A stretch of 64,000 bases of DNA from a bacterium (lineage in GTDB: Bacteria; Zixibacteria; MSB-5A5; GN15; FEB-12). Position 1 is the stretch's first letter; every line of letters starts with the position of its first letter. Of the stretch, positions 37,781 to 48,965 are shown one piece after another. The position numbers were made by a program, and so were the translations under genes. The stretch lies in the NCBI GenBank assembly GCA_043811375.1, contig JBDRNJ010000024.1, positions 54,869-118,868 on the forward strand. Direction: 5' to 3'. The notes under the pieces are model-generated. The model was not told the origin of the DNA and searched no databases. It saw only the letters and a program-made list of their open reading frames with translations.

Positions 37781-38644
37781 TCATTTATTACCAATGGTAG
37801 TGTTATTCTCACGTAAGTATTCCGGTCCGTGAACCGGTTTATCCTGTCTATCCCGGGGGGCAACCAACTGGGTGTTATCCTGATTGGTTTGATAAGCCCA
37901 CTGGAAAGTAATCGAAGCTGAATTGACCGATTGCACCCGCATCTTGGCATAATGGTAATCATCGGTCCAGATAACATAAGTATGTCCGAGGATTATCTCT
38001 ACATAACCCAGGTTTGACCAGCCATCCAGAGGCGCACGGTTGATCTCATCAAAGTCACTGGTATACCCCATATCCTGCAAGTCGGTGGAGGTGTTGGCGG
38101 CATTCAGGTAAAAAATGCTGTCGTACCGGTCGACATAAACATCCGCCAGATCTTTGGTTACAATAGATCTATCCACGAAACGAAATCCGGTCAGGTTAGG
38201 CTCCACAGCGTCATCAAACAGTGGCACCGAACCCTCGGGTCGAGGAGTATCTGATACCGGTTCCGCTGACAACTCCGACTCCTGCCCGGCCGCATCAATA
38301 GCCGACACGGCATAGAAATACTTCACTCCGTTGGGCAGACCGGTTACTACATAAACGTAATAGATCAGATCCCGGTTGGGGTTAGTCAATGCTGAGCGCC
38401 GGCCGATTTCAGTGTAGCCGCTCATTGAATCGGACGACCACCAGATCACGTACTCGACAATGTCCGTTTCATACGGGCCATTCCAGTGGACGTATACGGC
38501 TTGATCGCCGGTGACGGAGTAAACTCCCTGCGGTGCCGCGGGAGGTGGGTCATAATCATAGACAATGCAGTTGTCAGCATCATCACAGCCACTCTGAGCG
38601 AACAACCCGCACAAAACAATCAGAAAAAAGACTCTTAATTTCAT
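37781..38644 (-). CDS. Lipoprotein with a fibronectin type III-like domain
   Basis: Lipobox QSGC, then PPAAPQG...TGD..V...W, D...Y and NG..Y.YAVSA.D..G.ES.LS. Confidence 0.78.
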   Translation of the reverse strand: MKLRVFFLIVLCGLFAQSGCDDADNCIVYDYDPPPAAPQGVYSVTGDQAVYVHWNGPYETDIVEYVIWWSSDSMSGYTEIGRRSALTNPNRDLIYYVYVVTGLPNGVKYFYAVSAIDAAGQESELSAEPVSDTPRPEGSVPLFDDAVEPNLTGFRFVDRSIVTKDLADVYVDRYDSIFYLNAANTSTDLQDMGYTSDFDEINRAPLDGWSNLGYVEIILGHTYVIWTDDYHYAKMRVQSVNSASITFQWAYQTNQDNTQLVAPRDRQDKPVHGPEYLRENNTTIGNK

Positions 38645-38928
38645 AGCCGGAACCTTTGTTTTTGTTTCCGAAGTTTCTTTCAGCATCTTTAAGCATCAAA
38701 ACACGTGCCAAAACCTGTAACCGGATGCCTACAACCAACTTATCTGTTCAGGTCGACAGCCTGATCGCCGCCGCTGCACAATTTCCGTGCACAAACGAGC
38801 CAATACGCACAAATACTGTCAGGGTGTTGTTACCGTAATTATTATCCTTAAGGGAACAACCGCTCATACCAGAAGCTGTCGGATCACCATCATCCTGCCC
38901 AATTCCCGCCAACTCACAGAAAAAGTGC

Positions 38929-38956
38929 TTGTCAGCAACCGGGGTTAGGTTATTAT
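38929..38956 (+). promoter_or_regulatory. Sigma70-type promoter candidate
   Basis: TTGTCA-N16-TATTAT upstream of the cNMP-domain gene. Confidence 0.4.
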
Positions 38957-39043
38957 GTACCTGATGGTCAAGAATCGGAGAAACATACCGGATGTGGATA
39001 ATCCGACCGTCAATCAGATAACCAGAAGCAAAGGAACAAAGCC

Positions 39044-39514
39044 ATGACCATTGACAAGATGTTGAAGGGGCACGACCTGTTTCGAGCTCTCAACGTGGAC
39101 GAGACGAACCAGGTTAGTGATTTTTCATCCACGAAGAAATTCACGGCCAACGAGACCATCTTCAAACTGGGCGGCTTAGGGTATCATGTATACATGTTGC
39201 TGGAAGGAGCAGTCTACCTGCGGCTTCCATCCAAGCCGGGGGAATTCAGTCTGGTTATCTCAAAAATCGAAAAGGGAGAGATCTTTGGATTGTCTCCCCT
39301 GCTCGGCTCGCCCCGCTACACAGCATCGGCAGAGTGCAGTGAGGCTGCGGAGGTTCTCTGTATTGAAGCCAAACCATTCCGTGAACTGCTCCAGAACAAC
39401 TGCCCGGTGGGATTTCACATTATGAGCCAGGTGGCCCAGATATACTTCACTCGCTATATCGATGTTTTGAAGAATCTCCAGGACGTAGTCAGTCAGATTC
39501 CGCTCATTCGCTGA
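39044..39514 (+). CDS. Stand-alone cyclic-nucleotide-binding (Crp-like) domain protein
   Basis: LF..L, E.IF..G, Y.LLEG.V, GE.FG and YTASA motifs. No HTH. Confidence 0.82.
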   Translation: MTIDKMLKGHDLFRALNVDETNQVSDFSSTKKFTANETIFKLGGLGYHVYMLLEGAVYLRLPSKPGEFSLVISKIEKGEIFGLSPLLGSPRYTASAECSEAAEVLCIEAKPFRELLQNNCPVGFHIMSQVAQIYFTRYIDVLKNLQDVVSQIPLIR

Positions 39515-39620
39515 GCCGCACTGCCGGCTCGTTACATGAGCACGGTCAGATCGTTCGTATCGGAGAAAGATGCCGGTAACTTCAATCCGGCATCTTAATA
39601 CCGTGCCATACCCCGGGCAT

Positions 39621-40363
39621 CTACCGGCTGAAAACCGCTTTCATTCGCTGCCGGTTCATCAGAGCTATGAACCGAACACTGATTTCCTTGGGACAGGTAG
39701 CCTCACATTCAAAGTAGTTGGTGCAGTTACCGAACCCCTCAGCGTCCATCTGCGCCAGCATGTTGCGGACACGTGGCATTGCTTCCACTCGTCCCTGAGG
39801 CAGGTATGCCATCTGACCGACTTTCGCCGACAAGAACAACATGGCCGAGGCGTTCTTGCACGAGGCAACACACGCCCCGCAACCGATACAGGCGGCCGCA
39901 TCCATAGCCAACTCAGCATCGTCCTTGGGTATCGGGATAGCATTTGCGTCCGGCGTGCCGCCGGTGTTGACCGACACAAACCCGCCAGCCTGGATGATGC
40001 GATCGAGGGCGCTGCGATCAACGATGAGGTCTTTCTGCACCGGAAAAGCCCGGGCTCGCCACGGTTCGATATATATTTTGTCGCCATCCTTGAAATGCCG
40101 CATGTGAAGCTGGCAAACGGTGGTCCCCGGTTCCGGACCGTGGGCGATACCGTTGATTATCAGCGAACACGTGCCGCAGATACCCTCACGGCAATCGTGA
40201 TCAAAAGCGATCGGATCGACACCCTGTTCGGTCAGTTGCTCGTTGACGACGTCGAGCATCTCCAGAAACGACATGTGGGTACTGATGTTGTTCGCTTCAT
40301 ATCGTTCCATATGCCCCTTGTCGCGTGCGTTTTTCTGACGCCATACGTATAATGTGAGATTCA

Positions 40364-40364
<1 letters not shown>
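39621..40364 (-). CDS. sdhB: Succinate dehydrogenase/fumarate reductase Fe-S subunit
   Basis: [17 protein letters not shown]...C and C.N..EC...CPK motifs. Confidence 0.96.
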
Positions 40365-42277
<1,913 letters not shown>

Positions 42278-42278
42278 A

Positions 42279-43007
42279 TCAGTGCCCTCCTCCCGGAAGA
42301 TTTATTATTCCCGCCAGGACTGCGATCGGCATCGACACGTAGCCGATGAAAACGACCACCGCTATCAGGTTTACTATTCGTTTCAGCCACGGCTGCACCT
42401 GGGGATTGTTCAAACCCAGCGTTTGCAACAGACTGAAAACAGCGTGGCTGAGATGGTAAGCTATCAAGCCCATAGCCACGATATACGCCGCCGATATCAG
42501 CGGATTCTGAAACCCCATCACTACCATTGAGTAGACGTCGTGCCGACCCATCGCATCGTGCAGGTTTGCGTATTGGGGATTGGTTGTAATCCAGGTGAAA
42601 TGCAGCAGGTGATAGACTACGTAGAGCAATACGCTCAGTCCCGTCCAGATCATGGTCCGCGATGCCAGGCTGGCCTGTACCGTATCGTTGCGGGTATAGC
42701 CGATCGGCCGCGATGCCCGGTTCTCCAGCCACAGCCGGATGCCGTTCCAGATGTGTATCAGCACCGCCAGCAACACCAACGACCGCGCAACCCAGGTTAA
42801 CTCCGGCATATTCTTGAGGGCTTGAGCGTAAGTATTGAGTTGATCCTGACCAAGAAAGATTTGCAGGTTCCCGATCATGTGCCCCACCACGAATCCGAAC
42901 AGGGCCATGCCTGACAGAGCCATCAGGACTTTGTGGCCGACCGAGGTCCGGACAAACGCCTTATGTGGTGGCGCTATCGGAACTCCTTTGGTTTGCGTTA
43001 CAGTCAT
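42279..43007 (-). CDS. sdhC: Succinate dehydrogenase cytochrome b558 subunit
   Basis: K.LMA.SG, HM.GNL, M..TG, HL.HF and HL.H heme ligands. Start taken at MTVTQ. Confidence 0.93.
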   Translation of the reverse strand: MTVTQTKGVPIAPPHKAFVRTSVGHKVLMALSGMALFGFVVGHMIGNLQIFLGQDQLNTYAQALKNMPELTWVARSLVLLAVLIHIWNGIRLWLENRASRPIGYTRNDTVQASLASRTMIWTGLSVLLYVVYHLLHFTWITTNPQYANLHDAMGRHDVYSMVVMGFQNPLISAAYIVAMGLIAYHLSHAVFSLLQTLGLNNPQVQPWLKRIVNLIAVVVFIGYVSMPIAVLAGIINLPGGGH

Positions 43008-43233
43008 ATCGTCATCCTTCCATATTTGACCGCCAAAATATGACCGACACGCTGGCACGTCAAATGAAAAAGCAAATGATTTCACCGGGTCACTCTGGGA
43101 AATGATATAACAGGACATTCTCTAATAAATGTTTATTGTTCCCGCTGATTCAAATTGCATTGATATGGTGGTATTTTTTCAGAAAGTTGAAACGGTAGTT
43201 TTCTGATATTGGGCAAACTTCTACACTTTCACA

Positions 43234-43262
43234 TTGACACTATTCGCGTAATAGAGTATATT
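43234..43262 (+). promoter_or_regulatory. Sigma70-type promoter
   Basis: TTGACA-N17-TATATT upstream of the first SBBP gene. Confidence 0.6.
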
Positions 43263-43326
43263 CAGCATACAGGATAACATACTCACCAGTGCGCGAATAT
43301 AGGAACAAACTTTGTCGGGAGGACTC

Positions 43327-45774
43327 ATGGTTGGTTCAGCTCGTTTAGTTTTCACCGGTTTGCTTGTCACATTTATCACCGTCAGCGTTGGCTTAGCAGG
43401 CAGTGACAACTTAACAACCAGTGCAACAGTGATGAAGGGACTGGCCTCGATGCCGCTGGCCTTCACTGAGAACCAGGGTCAGTGGGATGAGAAAGTTCTG
43501 TTCCGGGCCAACGCCGGTGGTGCGACCATGTGGTTCTCACGCGATGGTGCCTACTACCAGTTCACCCGGCACATCCCCACAAGTAACTATAGTTCCGTCA
43601 TTGCGAGCGACCGAAGGGAGCGTGGCAATCTCTTGCGCTCAGCCGAAGTCACCCAACCAGGTGAGCCTGTGAGCGGAGTCGAAGGTTCTCGTGGGCGGCA
43701 GATGTCAACATCTGCCCCGTTCACTGACCATCAACCCGACAGCATTGAAACCATAATGATCAAAGCCAACTTCGTCGGTGTCAATCCTAATCCCCGAATG
43801 GTTGGTGAGGACATGCTGGAATACAAATGCAACTACTTCCTCGGCAACGATCCGGCCAAGTGGCGGACCAATGTTCCCAATTACAGCGCCATAGTCTATG
43901 AAGAAATCTACCCCGGCATTCATCTGAAGTACTACGGCAACGGCAAACAGATGGAGTATGATTTCATTGTTTCCCCCGGTGTCGACTTCTCTCAGATACG
44001 AATTCAATACGAGGGAGCTAAGTCGCTCTCAATAGACGCGGCTGGCCGCCTGGTGGTGCAGACGGAGTGGGGTGAAGTCATTGAGCAGCGACCGGTAGTG
44101 TACCAAATGTCCGGTAGTGATCGTGTTGCGTTAGTCGGTGAATTTGTTCTGAAAGGTGACAAGGCGTTTGGGTTTGAGTTGTCTGACGGCTACGATACGA
44201 ACCTGCCTCTTGTCATCGATCCCGTGCTGATCTACAGCACTTACCTTGGGGGAAGCAATGACGAATATGGCTATGACATCGCGGTTGATGCTTCCGGAGC
44301 TACGTATATAACGGGAGATACATATTCCACCGATTTCCCCACTGTAAATCCGTACCAGACAGATCAGGGTTACTGTGATGTTTTTGTCACCAAACTGAGC
44401 AACTCCGGCAACAGCTTAGTCTACAGCACCTATCTGGGGGGAAGCATCAATGATTGGGGTTTTAGCATCGCAGTGGATGCCACCGGGGCGGTGTATATAA
44501 CGGGAGATACATATTCCACCGATTTCCCCACTGTAAATCCGTACCAGACATATCAGGATAAAACGGATGTTATCGTTACCAAGCTGAGCAGCGATGGCAG
44601 CAGCATAGTCTACAGCACCTATCTGGGGGGAAATAACTACGAGAGCGGGCATGGCATCGCGGTGGATAGCTCCGGGGCGGCGTATGTGACCGGGGCGACG
44701 GCGTCTCCGGATTTCCCGACCGAAAATCCGTACCAGACATATCAGGGTGGCTATGATGCTTTTATCACCAAGCTCAGCAGTGGCGGCAATTCTTTGTTGT
44801 ACAGCACCTATCTAGGCGGGAAACTAGGCGGATGCGGCATTGATAGAGGCTATCATATAGCGGTAGATGCATCCGGGGCGGCCTATGTGACGGGATTTAC
44901 AGAGTCCACAGATTTCCCGACTGAAAATCCCTACCAGACATATCAGGGTGGAAATGATGCGTTTGTTACCAAGCTGAGCAGTTCCGGCAGCAGCCTGGTC
45001 TACAGTACCTATCTGGGGGGAAGCGTCAATGACCTTGGCTATGGCATCGCGGTGGATACCTACGGGGCGGTTTATGTGACAGGAAGTACAGAGTCCACCG
45101 ATTTCCAGACTGAAAATCCGTACCAGACAGATCAGGGTGGGCGTGATGTTTTTGTCACCAAGCTGAGCAGCTCCGGCAGCAGCCTGGTTTACAGCACCTA
45201 TCTGGGGGGAAATGACTACGAGAGGGGGCATGGCATCGCGGTGGATGGCTCCGGGGCGGCGTATGTGACGGGACATACCTATTCCAAAAATTTCCCGACG
45301 CTCAATGCCTACCAGAGTGATCAGGATACCATAGATGTTTTTGTCACCAAACTGACCACCGAAGGCAGCAGCCTCGTGTACAGTACCTACTTGGGGGGAA
45401 ACAACGTTGACTATGGCCGTGGCATCGCGGTGGATGCCACCGGGGCGGCGTATGTGATCGGATATACGGAGTCCACCGATTTCCCGACTGAAAATCCGTA
45501 CCAGACAGATCAGGGCGGACTTGACGCCTTTGTCACCAAGTTTTTCGAGTACTGCTGCAACCACGACGGTATCCGCGGCGACGCCGATTACTCGATGACT
45601 CTGGATGTTGGTGACCTGACTTTTCTGGTGGCATATCTCTTTCAGGGCGGCCCACCGCCGCCGTGCCTCGAAGAGGGCGACGTTGATGGGAGTGGAGCAA
45701 TAGACGTCGGCGACCTGACCTGGCTGGTCGCATTTTTGTTCCAGAGCGGCCCGCCACCGGCACCGTGTCCTTAA
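43327..45774 (+). CDS. Secreted SBBP-repeat (7-blade beta-propeller) protein with C-terminal dockerin-like domain
   Basis: GGGAGG RBS, signal peptide, N-domain (F.EN.GQ, YPGI.L.Y, EYDF.V.PG, IDP), seven YSTYLGG repeats and a CC..RGD.D...DVGDLT twin EF-hand-like tail. Confidence 0.88.
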   Translation: MVGSARLVFTGLLVTFITVSVGLAGSDNLTTSATVMKGLASMPLAFTENQGQWDEKVLFRANAGGATMWFSRDGAYYQFTRHIPTSNYSSVIASDRRERGNLLRSAEVTQPGEPVSGVEGSRGRQMSTSAPFTDHQPDSIETIMIKANFVGVNPNPRMVGEDMLEYKCNYFLGNDPAKWRTNVPNYSAIVYEEIYPGIHLKYYGNGKQMEYDFIVSPGVDFSQIRIQYEGAKSLSIDAAGRLVVQTEWGEVIEQRPVVYQMSGSDRVALVGEFVLKGDKAFGFELSDGYDTNLPLVIDPVLIYSTYLGGSNDEYGYDIAVDASGATYITGDTYSTDFPTVNPYQTDQGYCDVFVTKLSNSGNSLVYSTYLGGSINDWGFSIAVDATGAVYITGDTYSTDFPTVNPYQTYQDKTDVIVTKLSSDGSSIVYSTYLGGNNYESGHGIAVDSSGAAYVTGATASPDFPTENPYQTYQGGYDAFITKLSSGGNSLLYSTYLGGKLGGCGIDRGYHIAVDASGAAYVTGFTESTDFPTENPYQTYQGGNDAFVTKLSSSGSSLVYSTYLGGSVNDLGYGIAVDTYGAVYVTGSTESTDFQTENPYQTDQGGRDVFVTKLSSSGSSLVYSTYLGGNDYERGHGIAVDGSGAAYVTGHTYSKNFPTLNAYQSDQDTIDVFVTKLTTEGSSLVYSTYLGGNNVDYGRGIAVDATGAAYVIGYTESTDFPTENPYQTDQGGLDAFVTKFFEYCCNHDGIRGDADYSMTLDVGDLTFLVAYLFQGGPPPPCLEEGDVDGSGAIDVGDLTWLVAFLFQSGPPPAPCP
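44227..45543 (+). repeat. Seven intragenic tandem repeats of 189 bp (63 aa)
   Basis: YST codons start at 44233, 44422, 44611, 44800, 45001, 45190 and 45379. Confidence 0.9.
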
Positions 45775-45812
45775 CCGGCTCATAAGAGGACTTCGCCAGG
45801 CAATGAAAGAAC

Positions 45813-45842
45813 TTGACATAACCGCCTGTATGTTCGTATCTT
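45813..45842 (+). promoter_or_regulatory. Sigma70-type promoter candidate
   Basis: TTGACA-N18-TATCTT about 255 nt upstream of the second SBBP gene. Confidence 0.45.
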
Positions 45843-46097
45843 AGGTCAAGATTATTGAATGGTCCTGTAGGGTAGCGACCGGGAACAATCTGACGCTGCC
45901 GTCATTCCGCAGAGCGGTCATATTGACTGTATCAGAATGACAGGAGATCGACTCAGCGTCGATAGGGTTCGGATGATAGCATCTTCGTTATCACCTGCTA
46001 TTCCGATTGCTATTCCGACAGGTCGCTTCGTACTACAAATCGGTTATTGGTCACCAAAGTGTGCAACTGTAACAACACCAAATCTATGGGAGAAACC

Positions 46098-48440
46098 ATG
46101 AAAAAAACATCCAGGATTGCTCTGGCGAGTACAGCCACGATAGTGCTGTTTCTGGCGGGTGCGGCAATGGGAAACGGGCACCAAAGTGCAGGCCTTGACC
46201 AACTCTCCGGTCAAATGCCGCTGTACTTTATCGAGAACCAGGGACAAATGCCCGATAATGTGAACTACTACATTCAGGGCTATGACAAGACGCTCTACTT
46301 CACATCCCGGGGAGTCACCTACTCGTTGTTGGGGAACGTCAATGACCACCGGGTATCGCAGAGCTGGGTAGTCAAACTCGATTTTCTCGGTGCCGACCCG
46401 AGAGTAAAACCGATCGGTGAGGACCGGCAGGAAGCGATTTTCAGCTATTTCATAGGACAGCCCGAATCCTGGCACACCGGCCTGCCGACATTCGGTCGTA
46501 TCGTCTACCGCAATCTCTGGCCCGGCATCGATCTGGTTTACTCCGGCACCATCAACATGATGAAATACCAGTTCGTAGTCCGGCCGGGAGCCGACCCATC
46601 GCAGATCAGGCTGGCCTGGCGCGGGGCAACCGGTGTAACGGTCGAACCTGACGGCCGAATGGCGATTAATACCCCCAATGGGGGATTTGAGGATGCCGCA
46701 CCGTACGGCTATCAGACTGTTGACGGAGTCCCGGTCGAAGTATCGATGGCATTCGATCTCCGTTTTCGCGGTCCCGACGCCGCCTTTGAATTCGGCTTTG
46801 ATCTGGGTGCCTACGATCCCACCCGGGAACTTATCCTTGATCCGGCCAGCCTGATCTATTGCGGCTACATCGGTGGATCCGGCGCTGATATGGGCTGGGC
46901 TGTCGAGGTAGATGACAACGGCTGCGCCTACGTCACAGGAGAGACAAACTCAGCGCCCCCATCCTTCCCGGTAACAGCCGGTCCCAACCCCGTCTACCTG
47001 GGTGGTGGCGATGCTTTCGTGGCCAAAGTAAGAAGTGACGGCACCGGACTTGTCTACTGTGGTTATATCGGCGGGTTCCAGTGGGACGTCGGCTACGGTA
47101 TCGACGTTGACGACCAGGGTGCCGCCTATGTCACCGGCTACACCGCCTCCCCGCTCTTCCCCGTTGTCGCCTGCCCCTTCGCCTACTCGGGCAACGGTGA
47201 TGCTTTTATCGTCAAAGTTATGCCCGACGGTTCCGCCTTCCAGTACTCCGGATGCATCGGTGGCACCTTGTACGATGAAGGTCACGATGTCGCTGTCGAT
47301 GACAACTACGCAGCCTATCTGACCGGACGGGCCAACTCCTCAATCACCGATGGCTTTCCGGTCCTGGTTGGTCCTGATCTTACGTATAACAACAACGGTG
47401 ACGCCTTCGTCTGCAAAATCGATCCCAACTGCGGCGGTCTGGTGTACTGCGGTTACATCGGTGGTGACAACTCCGACGAGGGCAACGGCATTGATGTCGA
47501 CAAGTGGGGTTATGCTTACATTACCGGTTCCACCGCATCCAATGAATTGTCCTTCCCGGTGAACACCGGTCCCGACCTTACCCACAATGGCGGTTTTGAT
47601 GCCTTTGCCGCCGAAGTGCAGGCAAACGGCGGCGGTCTGGTGTACTGCGGTTACATCGGTGGCCAGGACACCGACCTGGGACACGCCATCGTTGTTGATC
47701 CTGTAACTGAACATGCTTACATCACCGGCGAAACGTACTCCGACCATGCTGCGGAAGCGTTCCCGGTTTACGTCGGTCCCGACCTGACCTATAATGGCAG
47801 CACCGACGCCTTCGTGGCCAAAGTGGTGTCACTGGGTCAGAGTCTGTTGTATTGCGGTTACATCGGGGGACAGGATAAAGATTACGGCTTTGGCATTGGC
47901 ATCGACGTCGGCGGGCGCGCCTGGGTGTCCGGCAACACCTGGACGCCGGAAGGAGCCGGCTTCCCGGTAGTGGCTGGCCCGGATCTGACGTTCAACGGCC
48001 AGGTCGATGCCTTCATATCCCGGGTGTCCAAAGATGGCACCGGACTTGAACTCTGCGGGTACATCGGCGGTGACTGGGTCGATTGGGCGGCTGGTGCGGC
48101 GGTCGATGTCAGGGGGAATGCTTACGTGACCGGCGAGGTAACCTCCCTGGAGACCACGTTCCCGGTTCTGATCGGCCCCGATCTCACATTCAACGGCAAC
48201 CAGGATGCCTTCGTGGCCAAGATAGACTGCTGCGTGATGCGTGGCGATGCCGACGGCAGCGGCGCAATTGATGTCGGCGACCTGACTTACATGGTCGCTT
48301 TCCTGTTCATCGGCGGTCCCTTCCCACCCTGTTATGCCGAAGCTGACACCGACAGCAACGGTTCCGTCGATGTCGGTGATATTACTTACATGGTGGCATT
48401 TCTGTTCATGGCCGGCCCGGCTCCGGTGCCCTGCCCATAG
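46098..48440 (+). CDS. Second secreted SBBP-repeat protein with C-terminal dockerin-like domain
   Basis: Signal peptide MKKTSR..., FIENQGQ, seven YCGYIGG-type repeats and a CC..RGDADGSG.IDVGDLT tail. Confidence 0.88.
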   Translation: MKKTSRIALASTATIVLFLAGAAMGNGHQSAGLDQLSGQMPLYFIENQGQMPDNVNYYIQGYDKTLYFTSRGVTYSLLGNVNDHRVSQSWVVKLDFLGADPRVKPIGEDRQEAIFSYFIGQPESWHTGLPTFGRIVYRNLWPGIDLVYSGTINMMKYQFVVRPGADPSQIRLAWRGATGVTVEPDGRMAINTPNGGFEDAAPYGYQTVDGVPVEVSMAFDLRFRGPDAAFEFGFDLGAYDPTRELILDPASLIYCGYIGGSGADMGWAVEVDDNGCAYVTGETNSAPPSFPVTAGPNPVYLGGGDAFVAKVRSDGTGLVYCGYIGGFQWDVGYGIDVDDQGAAYVTGYTASPLFPVVACPFAYSGNGDAFIVKVMPDGSAFQYSGCIGGTLYDEGHDVAVDDNYAAYLTGRANSSITDGFPVLVGPDLTYNNNGDAFVCKIDPNCGGLVYCGYIGGDNSDEGNGIDVDKWGYAYITGSTASNELSFPVNTGPDLTHNGGFDAFAAEVQANGGGLVYCGYIGGQDTDLGHAIVVDPVTEHAYITGETYSDHAAEAFPVYVGPDLTYNGSTDAFVAKVVSLGQSLLYCGYIGGQDKDYGFGIGIDVGGRAWVSGNTWTPEGAGFPVVAGPDLTFNGQVDAFISRVSKDGTGLELCGYIGGDWVDWAAGAAVDVRGNAYVTGEVTSLETTFPVLIGPDLTFNGNQDAFVAKIDCCVMRGDADGSGAIDVGDLTYMVAFLFIGGPFPPCYAEADTDSNGSVDVGDITYMVAFLFMAGPAPVPCP

Positions 48441-48487
48441 GTGGTTTGACACCATTTGGGCCGCTGAGAAAAGTGGTCTGAAACATC

Positions 48488-48524
48488 AAAGAAAAAGGCG
48501 CCAGGCTACTTGGCCTGACGCCTT
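48488..48524 (-). terminator. Intrinsic terminator after rpmA
   Basis: AAGGCG.CAGGC-loop-GCCTG.CGCCTT followed by a U-rich tract on the minus strand. Confidence 0.7.
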
Positions 48525-48559
48525 ATAATTTTGTGTCGGTTCAACCGAACGAGTGCGGT

Positions 48560-48811
48560 CTATTCGTACACGGATACTTGCTTTCCGGAACGACCGACCC
48601 GCTCGAACTTGACAACCCCGGTCACCTTGGCAAATAAAGTGTTGTCCCTGCCGATGCCGACGTTGTAACCCGGCTTGATCGGCGTGCCGCACTGTCGTAC
48701 AATAATAGAGCCGGCCGGAATGGCCTGCCCGCCATAAACCTTGGTGCCTCGCCGCTGGCCGTTTGAATCGCGACCGTTCTTGGAGGAACCAACACCTTTC
48801 TTATGCGCCAT
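48560..48811 (-). CDS. rpmA: 50S ribosomal protein L27
   Basis: [24 protein letters not shown] and G.D.TLFA motifs. Confidence 0.98.
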   Translation of the reverse strand: MAHKKGVGSSKNGRDSNGQRRGTKVYGGQAIPAGSIIVRQCGTPIKPGYNVGIGRDNTLFAKVTGVVKFERVGRSGKQVSVYE

Positions 48812-48881
48812 CGTAAACTCCTGTCAATCTCAAGACCTGGGCCGGTTTCAACCAGACCCATAAATAGTTACATAGCTTAAG

Positions 48882-48910
48882 AATATATGACAAACATCAG
48901 CGGTCGGCAA
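48882..48910 (-). promoter_or_regulatory. Sigma70-type promoter of rpmA
   Basis: TTGCCG-N17-TATATT. Confidence 0.5.
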
Positions 48911-48965
48911 GAGAAATCTGCATCATATTGTGTACCACCGAATTACCTGACCACCTCGGCGACTC

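Noticed and set aside
38695..38712. Sigma54 promoter TGGCACG-N4-TTGAT on the minus strand
   Set aside because: The -12 element is GA rather than the near-invariant GC. It is possible but not supportable from sequence alone.
44227..45543. Diversity-generating retroelement target
   Set aside because: There is no reverse transcriptase and no non-coding template repeat in the window. Differences between blades are not adenine-specific.
45860..45960. c-di-GMP or other known riboswitch
   Set aside because: The conserved GEMM and c-di-GMP-II cores could not be matched by eye.
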